Part shown: piece by piece, positions 39,386-50,570 of the stretch
Layout: each line of letters starts with the position of its first letter
How positions within the stretch are numbered: position 1 is the stretch's first letter
From: Marsupella aquatica
Taxonomy: Eukaryota; Plantae; Marchantiophyta
NCBI GenBank assembly: GCA_973895155.1
Contig: OZ316894.1
Location: forward strand, 14,523,680 to 14,587,679
Reading direction: 5' to 3'
Length of the DNA stretch: 64,000 nucleotides
Program-made: the position numbers and the translations under genes
The notes under the pieces: model-generated
Seen by the model: the letters and a program-made list of their open reading frames with translations, nothing else
Told to the model about the DNA's origin: nothing
The model's database searches: none

Positions 39386-39513
39386 CATCGATTGTTGCTA
39401 AGAAGAATCGGAAGGGGCCATTGGGAGGGTCTACGGGGCCACAAACGTCCACATGGATACGCTCAAGGAATTGGGGTATTTGCTTGTCAGTTGTGGAGGG
39501 TGATGGTCTGATT
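39386..39513 (-). pseudogene. Copia-2 integrase N-terminal fragment
   Basis: Minus strand reads IRPSPSTTDKQIPQFLERIHVDVCGPVDPPNGPFRFFLATID. Confidence 0.88.
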
Positions 39514-40339
39514 CACTAGTAGAAACCGGGGGGTATTTAGACCCCATTAAACGACTATTCAGTACCGTATAGGACTTGGAAACCACTGGGAAGGACTCTA
39601 GTCCTTTATAGGACTGCGAGTCGTATGTTTTGTTACTATAATCAACTGAGTCCTTTATAGAACTGGTTTATAAGTCGTTTAATAGACTGGATTTTCAGTC
39701 TATTTTAGTCTTTGTGTGGGTAGCTTTGGTGAGTCGTTTTTAGTCTTTTATGGGCTGCGATGATGAGTCGTTGGGAACGACTAAAAAGGTTATGGAGGGT
39801 AGTCTTTAAATATACTTTGTGGGGTATGTATAAGTCTTTTATGTCAACTGGATATGAGTGATGAAGACCCCACTATACTACTTGGAATGAACCCACTCTT
39901 GTGCACAAATAACATATTGCATTCATATTTTATTGTGTACTTGGAATGAACTCACTCTATAAGTTCACCATTCATCATGTTAACATTAGAATACATAGTT
40001 TCAGAAAGCCATCTTCTATACCATGTACACTAATATGAATTCACAGATTCAAACTTCATAGACTGCAAAGAAGGTCACAAAGTATTCCTCTATACCATAC
40101 ACACTAATACTGAAATGATAAAATAGATTCAAGTATCATAGACAATCACCATAGAGCCATAGTTTGACATCAATCACTTGTTTCATACATACAGAATTCA
40201 GAAATATCAATGTCACACACAACGTCTCCTTCATCCTCTTTACCAAATGGAAAAATTGGTACAGATATTTCTTGGATCTTTCCAAGGCAATGTCAAAATG
40301 TGACACAATTCACATGATGCTATCTACACTTGCATTCAG

Positions 40340-43300
40340 TCACTGCAGACTAACACACTCTGATGGCCAGAGCACAAGAGATCCTACTGCATCTGCAATT
40401 ATTTCCTGAGGTGGATCATCGTCTCTATTCGGAAATGGCAAATTACAATCAGATACAATCACTGTAGTCAACAACACTACTACATGGTCATCCGGGACCA
40501 CTTTGCCATGGAATTTTGCATGATCCGGTCGCAAAATGCCTGTACCCACACATACCTGCGAGTCATCCTCCCATGATAGAAGATTATGGACTGGCTCTGC
40601 TGTGGCTATCACCTCCACCTTACCCTGGCTGTTTTTCTTGGCTTTCCTGGGTGGCTTATACATGACATTATTCATACCTTGGTTGCGAGTCATGACTTTG
40701 GCATGAGTGTTTTGTGCTGGTGATCGAGAATTGGCTACACTCTTCTTCAAAGAATCTGCATCCATATTTGACACTTCTGATTGTGTAGCAGGATTTCCCT
40801 GCGACATCATCTCAGTATCTGCCAACATTGTACTTGCTTCAATTGAAGCATCTACAATCTTACTTGCATCCAATGTTGCTCCCAAGTTTCGACGTCGCTT
40901 CACCCTACTCCCACTTGGTTGAGAGTCTGTCAACTCTGCATCAACTACAATTCAGTGTCATGTCCAACATAAGTCAATCACTCATCACATGTGCTAAATG
41001 TACATGTCACCAACCACAAAGTTGTCACTATCTCCTTACCATTATGAACAGCCTTCTTCCCCTTCTTTGCCATTGCCATATGCTCCATGTCTGCTTCTGT
41101 TGATCAATAAACACACCACAATATTCAGGTTGAATCTATTAACCACTGAATTGTTGCTCAACATTCATATAGAGGAATTTAAAGCATCAGCTTACCTGAT
41201 ACCTCCTTGGCTATGGTCACTGAGGCACTGGGCACATCTTCTTCATTATTGCTCTTTGAATCACCTGATACATCAATCATGATGTCACTTCAGATCCCAG
41301 TTCATCCAACCAGTTCTTACAGAAAAGATTACCTCCAACCGGCTTAAGCTTCACAAAACTCCATGCACTTTTCAAATGTAATGTATTGGATCATAGCAGG
41401 TTACCTGTCTCAGCAACCTTCTTGCCCTTCTGCTTACTGATTACAGGGTCCTTCTCTGCCTCCACTCTTCCTGCATTCAAACCATTCACTCAATTCATGA
41501 AAACTTACTTCTAACATTTGAACATAGGACACAATGAACAATGGGCCGGTGTCATTTCCATACCTGTGTCAGATTTGCCAATTCCCTTTTTTGTTAACAA
41601 GGGCACACTTTGTACAATGTTGCCCTCATTGTTTGGTTGGGAACCACCCAATTTTTCAATCACAAGCTTGAAATTAGATTCCACTGATGCAAGAAGGTTC
41701 GCTACAGATGCCTCCACAATATCCAAACGATCAGCCAATTTACTTTCCACTCGAGGGAGTCCACACTCTAATGACTTCAACCGTTCACACATCTCTGTGA
41801 GAGTTGTAACAGTTCCCTGTCATAACACAGCTTACATATCTCAGATAACTGTCCCCAAGAACTGGTTGCTTACTTCCTACTACATTTCTTTCTGATGCTC
41901 AAGGCCAAATAGTCACAAAACATACAGAATTACAACATAATCACCTGTTTGGAAGTTACACTTGTCACCTCACTCCTTTGTTTCATGAACTCCTCTCTCA
42001 CTTCTTGTGCTGATGGTTCTTCACCTGTCAATTTCTTCTGCAGTCCACATCAACATACATATGAATGAAACCAAGTGTTGATTGTCAATGAAAATGTAAT
42101 AATGGTAGCAAGATGATAAGTTTGAGGCTTACTATCAGGCATGTCACTGCCTTACCAATTGTTCTTTCACTGGAGCATAACTTCCTCTCCCAGCCTGTGA
42201 AAGGTGTTTCACTTTGCCTCGAGCATTTGACATCAGTTCACTCTTGCTCTGTCCAGCCTCCGACATGAACCCTTTGATTAACCGTGTCCATTGATCCAGT
42301 TCCAATGATGGGGGTGGTGGCATTCTCCTGTTAGAACCATTGTCTATCCACATCCTTTTCAACCTATGCCTCTCTTGTTTCAAAATCCTCATTGCATAAT
42401 CTGATATGCAATCTTCAACTGGGCCCTTACCATCATTACCAACATACTCCCACCGTTCAAGAATGTCCTTGCAGATAGCAGCCCAATCAGCTTTGTTCTG
42501 ACTCCTAAACTCTGTAATGCTCAAATCTAACCAACGCAATACTTCTCCTCTTAGGTCAGAATGCCAACGGTTCTTACCATCACATGTGGGAGTTATCCAA
42601 CCTTCGGAATTCACTTCTACTTTACCAAATTTGTTACTGTTTCCTGCCTTGGTACTCCCTGAAGCGCTACTAGGTGTCCCTCCACGGCCTGGTGTCCCCC
42701 CACGGCCTGGTGTCCCCCCACGGCCTGGGGTCCCTCCACGGCCTGATCTCCCCCCACGGCCTGGATTGCATTGTCCAAACCTCCCTGGAGTCCCTGCACA
42801 TTTACAGGATCCATTTATAGTCACTTACATTAGGTAAGTATGAATCATAAATCCCGCTGCCAAATATACAGTGGACTTCAGAGCAATTCTGCAATGACCA
42901 AGTTACCTCTCCCTTGGCGCATAGATGGTTCTGGACCACCTGTCCTATTGCTTTGTCTTGATGAATTAGGGGCGTTTCTCCCGCCTGTGAATGATTGCCT
43001 CCTATCTGAACGTGGATGGCCTTTGTTGTTTTCGTGATTGTCCCAATCAGAGTCTGCATACCAACAGGTACATGCCACACTCATGGACCTGTAAGATAAA
43101 CTCTTTGCCCTAGCTACACATCAGATAAGTGCATATTGAGCTAAATCTCTACTACCATCACAAAATCACTAGCACAAGGCACTTACTTGTCCAATCATCC
43201 TCCTCACCTTTCCATTGCCCTCTGTACCCGTCTCTACCACGCTCTGGGTGTTCATATTCATCCCATCCATCTTCTGCTCCATCATAGTCATCATCATAAT

Positions 43301-43529
43301 CATCAGGCGTCCCTTGCCAATAACTCTGGCTCCTTCTAGGGTATGGATTATGTGATTTCTCTCTAGCTGCCCACCTACCTGGGACTTGATGAGGGCCCTG
43401 TGCATCTTGCACAGGTGCATTTTTCTGTGAGCCCCCTGCATCTGGGTCTCCATCCATATCCAATCTTTCCTCTTCACCCCACTCTCCAAGCCCCATGTCT
43501 GTCTCCATGTCATCACCCTCTTCCCCCAT
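40340..43529 (-). CDS. CACTA TnpA/Ptta-like second gene, multi-exon, exon structure approximate
   Basis: LKQERHRLK..W..PPP....QWTRLI..F.S...KSELMSNARGKV...GRGSY (Transposase_24-like). C-terminal G..FHGKVVPDDHVVV..V..LPFP..IADAVGSLVLWP. 18-bp GTPGRG repeat at ~42670-42765. Confidence 0.7.
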
Positions 43530-43706
43530 AGCTTCTGCACAGCACCCACAACCAAACAGGGAGAATCAGCACACTAAATTCAAAGTATCAATCAATTTCA
43601 TGCATATCCAACTATCCTAAACATCATTCCAGGCAGCAATTCCCGTTATGTGACTCTGTGCAGGTAGTCATCCTCAACCTCATACTTGCCAATCGCCAGC
43701 TGTTGC

Positions 43707-46700
43707 CTATTGCAAATCATCAACCTCATCATATTCCATTTGCCCAGGTTCATCATATGTCTCTCTCAATGTTAAGGGGATGTAGTCAGTCCCTGCCCGA
43801 GTTGGAAGTACAGTCTCATGACTAGGATGCTCGAATGCAGCATGGTCATCCAAACTGAACTCTACTTTACTTCCATCCATCCGCCTGTTCCGTGCTTGGC
43901 TATGGCATACCACCCTCCAGCCATGTGACTCCTCCACATCTGCAAAGAAAGCCTGTTCAACTTGGCTAGGGAAAACAAAAGGCTCAGACCATTCTGGTAC
44001 TCTGGACCTAAAATTGGCCAACAAGAACCCATCATGATCACGCTTCATGGTGGCCCTTGGTCTCTGCCACTCTGATTTCACCCATGATCCCTTCATCAAT
44101 ATCACTGGGACACTTGTGTTACCATAATTCAACACCCAAATGTCGGTCAACTCCCCCACGTAACCCATCTTCATCCACCCCCTCTGTTCTTCAGAGGTTC
44201 TCTGCTCAAACACAGAAATCAAACCACAATCATATGATACACAATGGTCACCCTGCTCATCCCTCACTCGATAATGATTTCCATAAGCTCTCATCCGTTT
44301 GTAGGTCAGAATAGACAATCGTGGTGGCACAGATAGAAGATACAAATCCTTCTCCATATCTGGGTGATGTCTACTATGCTCTCGAATTGTCACCCGAATC
44401 CACTGCTCGAACTGTGGGAAGGGATCCTGCTGCCCAGAGTGTGCAACTTTTTGCATATCATATTCCCTGCATTATGAGGTACAGGCATAGTTAGGTCTAA
44501 ACAACACATGACAACCTAAGATCACCCTTGGAACAGACAAGAAGCATCACAACAAAGGCAAGTCAATTCAATCACTCACCTCCACCATGGTTGCATAGGC
44601 TCTGTGTTTGCCAGCACATATGAATGAGCCTTGTCTCGAATCGCAACAGGCAGCTGAACAGCATGTCCCACACCTTCAACAACCTCGCCACTCACTCCAT
44701 CATCTTCACCAGATTTCCAAACTCTTGTCATAGCTTCACCAGACCCAGCCATGTACTCTGTTAGGAATCCCAACGTCTCATCCTTAATGTACCCCAATGC
44801 CATGGAAGCCTCTGGCCTGTAGTATGTTCTCACATGACCTTTCAACAACTTCATGTATCGCTCCATAGGGTACATCCATCTGGTACTGACTGGCCCATAC
44901 TGCCCTAGCTCTTCTACCACATGGATTAGGAGATGAGTCATAACATCAAAGAAAGCAGGGGGGAAGTATATCTCCAAGTCACAGAGGACATAAGCAGCAT
45001 CCTGCTTCAACTGCTCCAATCCTTGGGGATCCCACACTTTCACACATATACGGCGAAATACATTGCACAGTCGAAGAATGACATTACGGACTGGTTTCTG
45101 CATGAGACCTCTGAGGCATAGGGGCAGAATGTGCTGCATCAACACATGGTAGTCATGTGTTTTCATACTGCCAAGTTTATTCTTTGTAATATGCTTCTTG
45201 AAGGCACCAGCATAGCCAGAGGGCACTTTCAGACAGCTCAATCTATACAAGAATGTCTTCCATTCATCCTGTGTGCACACATAGGGAGCTTGGAACTTGA
45301 GAAGTACATTGGGATTGCTTGCATGGGGCTTCAACCAAAGGTGAGGGCGAATCCCCTTCTGTTGCATATCAGCTCGAACTGCTCCTGTATCTTTCTCACC
45401 CGACAAGAACTTCAGCAAGCTCTCACAAATATTTTTCTCAATGTGCATGACGTCCACATTGTGTTTGCTGGGCTCGAATTCCTGCACTCCACAAAGCAAA
45501 GAATTCAACAACAGAAACACTAATTAACCACATAGGAGGATTGTAACCAACATCAATCCACCATTGCTCCAATCTAAAATTGCAATCATACAGGGGCTGG
45601 AGGCTAAGTACATTACCCTCCAGTACTCCAACTCCAAGTCCATCAAGGTCTGTCTTTTCACACCGTGTTTCACCACTGGATCCTCAGGTTCTCGATCAGT
45701 GACACTTCTCTTGTCCCAATCAGCCTTCCTGGCTGCCCACCTCAGGACTTGCTCTCTGGTGACCCTCTGTGGTGGGCCACGAAGCTCTGTTTTGTTGTTG
45801 AAGTGTGCAATTTGAGACCGTGTGTGCCTGTAAGGATGATCAACAGGCAGATACCTTCTATGCCCCTGAAATTTCATACTGTGCAGGGCATGCGACCACT
45901 CACTTGTCACATTTTTCCCACATGGTGTGCACCCCACATAGCCCTTTGTCACTCGTCCAGATATGATGCCATGGCCTGGGTAATCTGCTATATCCAGCAA
46001 ACAAATTGCATGCAGTCTAAAGGGGCTGGGTCGAAGAAGCCCCTTCAGAACATCATGGGTTAACACCCCTTCTATCCACAAAGTCTTCCACTCTTCCACT
46101 GCTGGAGCCAACATGATATCTATGAATTGCTCGGTCACAGAAGCTGGTCCAGGGATTAACAGCACCATCATGACAAAAAACCTCTTTGTAGTCATCCATG
46201 GGGGAAGGTTGTAATTTAGCAGCGTAACCGGCCAACATGAATAACGGTTGTTTTTGTCTCCAAATGGGTTTACTCCATCCAGTGATAGACCAAATCGAAA
46301 GTTCCGCTTCTCTGCAGCAAACTGTGGCCACCTCTCATCAACAAATTTCCAATGGTTGGAATCTCCAATGTGACGCTGCAGGCCATCACTGCTCTTGTTA
46401 TCAGGAGTCCATGTCATCAGCTTGGAAATGGCAGGGCATCTAAACAGACGTTGTAGTCTAGGAATGAGAGGAAAATGACGAAGAACCTTGGCAGGGTGTG
46501 TACATTTCCCTACATTCTTGTACCTGTCCTTACCACAATGAGGGCATGTCAATTTATCTGCATGCTCTTTGCGAAAGAGAACACACCCATCAGGGCATGC
46601 GTCAATAGACACATAGTTCAGCCCAAGGTTAGACATCAATTTCCTAGCCTCGTACATATTTTTTGGAATTGAATTACCATCTGGTAACACATTTCGGCGC

Positions 46701-47406
46701 AGGAAGGTCAACAACTCTGTCACAAATATATTGGGAACATTGTGATTGCCACAGATGTTCAACAACAACACGACAAAACCCAGCTTGGAGCAGTTCGACC
46801 CCTCGTAGATAGGATGCAAGCTTCTTTGATGTGTTTTGGGCCCCCAAACACCCACTCCCTCTCTGCTGCACCTTCCCCAATGTCAAAGTCAGGTTGAGCT
46901 TGGCCGTCGCCAATGTGTGGCTGCGGTTCATTGTCCTCTTCTGATTCCACTGTGTCGTAAAAAGCATCAAGGTCTTCAAAAATCTCTTGAACCATTCTTG
47001 GGACATCCATCCCACCGTCCTCAGTGACTGCCTCTGCATCTCCATCTTGGTCATCCACGTTCTCATGTTGGACCCCAGGACCATCCTCTGCACAGTCTAT
47101 GTCCTGCTCTACGTAGTCTCTACGCCTAGCTGTATTAGAATCCACAAAGTCAGCTCTCCACTCTTCATCAGAGGAGTCTTCTTCTACTGGTACATTCCAA
47201 ACCCTCCACCGAGGGTGCCTTTCATGCCGCAGCAGGTGAAGGTGCACAGTGTTCAAACTCAACGACTTGAATCCTTGGCACTGTGTGCATGGGCATCTCA
47301 TCCTCCTACTCCTACCTTGGGCGGCCCGGGCTTGTTCACGCATCCACAATTTAGAATCATGATGCCTAATCCTAAATGGGTTGTGAAGAGGCAACCTTGG
47401 AGCCAT
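43707..47406 (-). pseudogene. CACTA TnpD-like transposase with one apparent frameshift near 46850
   Basis: MRCPCTQC..HL, IDACPDGCVLF, LRHFPLIPRL, FGLSLDGVNPF, IADYPG, DVMHIEKNI, KTHDYH, FPPAFFDVMTH, RWMYPMERYM, EPFVFPSQVEQAFF. Confidence 0.92.
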
Positions 47407-47732
47407 CACTATACACACGCACTCAGCACCCTGTCATTTTATTATGCAAGTGAAAAATACACTTCCTGTTAAGGATTTCACCCCCGACTGTACTTGCCAA
47501 AATACGTAACGTTCCAAAAAAACAAAAAAACAAAAAATATAGGTGCCTGAGTCATGTACCTATTCTCAAGTGAATGAGACAAAATTCCTAAATGTTTGAG
47601 GGTGTCAACTCCTCCGCTGTCCTCACATGTACTGCCTCTGCACGTACATCCATGACCATATCAGAGTCCAATCATGTATAGTCATAGACACAGGTGCCAG
47701 GTGCGAGACCGGTGTGAGATGTCCTCATCTTA

Positions 47733-48302
47733 CTACCACATCAAATACGGATACCAATCCTGTTGTCGATGCCACTCAGCCCTGAGGTACTCAGGCATGT
47801 ACATTAAGTCATCAAGGTCTAAACCCTGCTCATGCCATGGTGGTCTTCGATCCGTGCCTACAAGCAGTGGCAGTAGTGCCCTCCATGGTGCACATGTTGC
47901 TACCAAGTCCCTCCACTGGGTACTAATTAGTCTATATTTGCAGATATCTTGTGCGCCAGACACCACAAGAACCCTCGGCCAGACATGTGTAAGAACTATA
48001 TCATCTGCCAAATCAGGCAACAAGGAACCACCTACAGCATCGTGCTTGTCTAACTCATCTGCTGAAAAGTAAATGTCCTCTTCCGACTGTGCATCCTCAT
48101 TCACCACAGCATTCACAACACATCCAAGGTCTGCAGGCATTATCTCGGATGGAGCTACACTCTGTCTGGTTACCAATCCACACAAGTAAGCCCAAGCAGT
48201 AGCCATGCACGATGCAACCCGTAGGAGGACCCTACATAGGGCCTGACGGTCTGGAAGAGGCAGCATACCCACCAAAGTCTTCAGCCAAACAGAGCCCAGC
48301 AA
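47733..48302 (-). CDS. F-box-like protein (CACTA cargo)
   Basis: SLLPDLADDIVLTHVWPRV.....YRLISTQWRDLV fits the F-box pattern LP.L..DI.....V...W..L. Confidence 0.55.
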   Translation of the reverse strand: MLGSVWLKTLVGMLPLPDRQALCRVLLRVASCMATAWAYLCGLVTRQSVAPSEIMPADLGCVVNAVVNEDAQSEEDIYFSADELDKHDAVGGSLLPDLADDIVLTHVWPRVLVVSGAQDICKYRLISTQWRDLVATCAPWRALLPLLVGTDRRPPWHEQGLDLDDLMYMPEYLRAEWHRQQDWYPYLMW

Positions 48303-48442
48303 GTAGATTCACAGTCACACCCCACGCAGCAGGAAACAACAATCACTTCAACTGCGACCAACCATGACAAGATGAGTTAGTTCAAGGATCACATTTATTA
48401 CAAAATTGTGTTTTATACAAAAATATGAGGGACTCCTACTCC

Positions 48443-49306
48443 TCACTCTCTCCCACCTTTGCTAAGCATACATCTCCGCTGAATCTTGGAGGGCCAGGCC
48501 TCAAAAATATCAAAGTCCCAAGCATTCTGTCGCTTCCCTCTAGCTGCTGATTCCAGAAGCCAATCAGGGGAAAGCACCCAAAGATTGTTGTTCATGACAA
48601 AATCACGCACTGTTGTCTTAAAGAATTTTCTGCATATTTTCATGTATGACAGACCTACAACATGAGTGGAGGTTTCTGTTAGACTCTCCTCCATTGTCCC
48701 ACCTAGCTCAACAACTATAGACTTGTACAGTCTGCACTTAGTCTCCCCAATTCCTTCTTCTGCAAATACCACACTGAACCCCTTCATAATGGTATTTCTC
48801 TCCTTGCCATGCTCATTCAATATAGCATCTGCACGCATAGGATGGTGTCCTATGTTGACAACAGGTCCATATTGGACAGAAGCAAAGTTGGGTTTCTCTG
48901 CCGCTGCTTCATAGGCTTCCTTTTCAGCCAAAGCCTCTGCAGTGGCCTCCTCACTCTCCCACAACTCATATTGCTCAGTACTCTGTACACACCTATGTTT
49001 AACAGAATCGGTCAGCCAAGAGACTTCAACTACTTTTAGACCTTGGTTGGTAATGGCAGAATCAATGAAGGACCATGACCACTTGTTCATCACATCCAGC
49101 CATGTCCCCGCAACAACATGTGTAGTCTGTGGAGTGATGTCCTTGACTTCAGTCCCATGGAACTCTGAGAATCGTTTTTGTACGATTGGCCAACTCACTT
49201 GGGTGAACCCATAGTGGCCAGGAATCAAAATGGCTTTGATTCCAGCCAACAGAGGCGGGTGGTCAACCTTTGTACGTTTCCTAGAGGCCATGTACACACG
49301 GGCCAC
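48443..49306 (-). CDS. Tandem BRCT-domain protein (CACTA cargo)
   Basis: Two repeats: LAGI..FHGTEVKDITPQTTHVV..KVVEVSWLTDSV..EQY and MKGF..LGGTMEESLTETSTHVV..VLSPDWLLES..DF. Confidence 0.8.
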   Translation of the reverse strand: MARVYMASRKRTKVDHPPLLAGIKAILIPGHYGFTQVSWPIVQKRFSEFHGTEVKDITPQTTHVVAGTWLDVMNKWSWSFIDSAITNQGLKVVEVSWLTDSVKHRCVQSTEQYELWESEEATAEALAEKEAYEAAAEKPNFASVQYGPVVNIGHHPMRADAILNEHGKERNTIMKGFSVVFAEEGIGETKCRLYKSIVVELGGTMEESLTETSTHVVGLSYMKICRKFFKTTVRDFVMNNNLWVLSPDWLLESAARGKRQNAWDFDIFEAWPSKIQRRCMLSKGGRE

Positions 49307-49889
49307 CTAATCACTGCAGACCGGAAGATAATGCGTTCACCTGATAATCGGAGGGCCCTTAAAATGCTGCGTTTATAACTTGGTCCAGTCCAGTCGTCTG
49401 GTGAGTCTCTACTCCGATTCCAAACGGGAGAAATATTGGGACAAACGTACTAGACACCTGCAAGCATGCACCTCATAGTTTGAATATGTGCCTTCACAAT
49501 ATTGAAGGTGACAAGTGCAATTGTTTTGTGATGCCACATACAGATGTTGTAAATGGGCAGACATTCAATGAGAATACAAAATGTTGGTACACTTTAAGGG
49601 AATTCTCGCAAATTAAATAGCCTTGTAACTTATATGCTCATAATGAGAAGTCCTGATTTAATTTAAGCAGTGTCATGTAAGTCGTGATCAAAATGATTGC
49701 AGAGTTAAAAAAGTTCCTAGAAGGCTTAAGGGCAGTTTTTGAAGGCATGTACCCAGGAACAAGTAATGAACTTAGGGTACTTGTTGCCTAAGCATCCTCT
49801 CCTACAGAGGTCCTTCTTCTCAAAATTGGAATGTCTGCAATCTCCAAGGTATCCACATCAGGTGCACTATGCATGTATATTATTCAGGT

Positions 49890-50570
49890 TCAAAGCCAAG
49901 AAATGTGATCTCTCATGGGAGTGTGCAAAGTAGGATCTATGGCATGGCGATGACAATAGAAGATCCATCGATCAACACCATGTGCAGAGTGATCATAGAT
50001 GTGTCTGTCACAAGCATAGCCTTCTGCTTGACGCTCCTTCAAACAATGAAAGTGCCACATGGTGGGACACCTAACACAGTGGACTATGTCCACCCAGAAA
50101 TCTTCATCGTGCTGACCACATGCCTTGCACTTATGAAGTGGGCAAGCTGTGGCAAGATCGGGCAAACATGAAAAACAAAAGAACCTCACACAATATCTGT
50201 CAGGGCATTTCCTAACAAGTGGTGGAGCATCAACAGAGCCCTCATAAGACCCCAACTTCCCACACTGTGCACACTTAGCCTGCTTCTCCAAACAATCAGT
50301 GCACATCCAGCCTCCCTGGTGTGCTGACGGGAGGCCCACCCCTGGACAGTTGTTTTCTGCAGCAAGGTCAGACTCCGGGTTGAGGTGGAAATGCCTCATG
50401 CAAGGGCCCTCACATATGGCTAAGCCACCACCATCGTCACAAATGGCACAACAATGAGCTGCCTTCTGGAAAATCTGACTTGCGGAGAAGTTACTACCAT
50501 CTGGCCCAACTACACCTGTGTTGCTCACCTCTGTCCCCCGCTTCTTGGCTCGGATTTTAGGGCGTGCCAT
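49890..50570 (-). CDS. EDM2/NSD-type multi-PHD finger protein (CACTA cargo)
   Basis: CAICDDGGGLAICEGPCMRHFH, WMCTDC..KCAQCGKLGS, C..RFFC..C, ACPLHKCKACG, VHCVRCPTMWHFHCL, FYCHRH. Confidence 0.8.
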   Translation of the reverse strand: MARPKIRAKKRGTEVSNTGVVGPDGSNFSASQIFQKAAHCCAICDDGGGLAICEGPCMRHFHLNPESDLAAENNCPGVGLPSAHQGGWMCTDCLEKQAKCAQCGKLGSYEGSVDAPPLVRKCPDRYCVRFFCFSCLPDLATACPLHKCKACGQHDEDFWVDIVHCVRCPTMWHFHCLKERQAEGYACDRHIYDHSAHGVDRWIFYCHRHAIDPTLHTPMRDHISWL

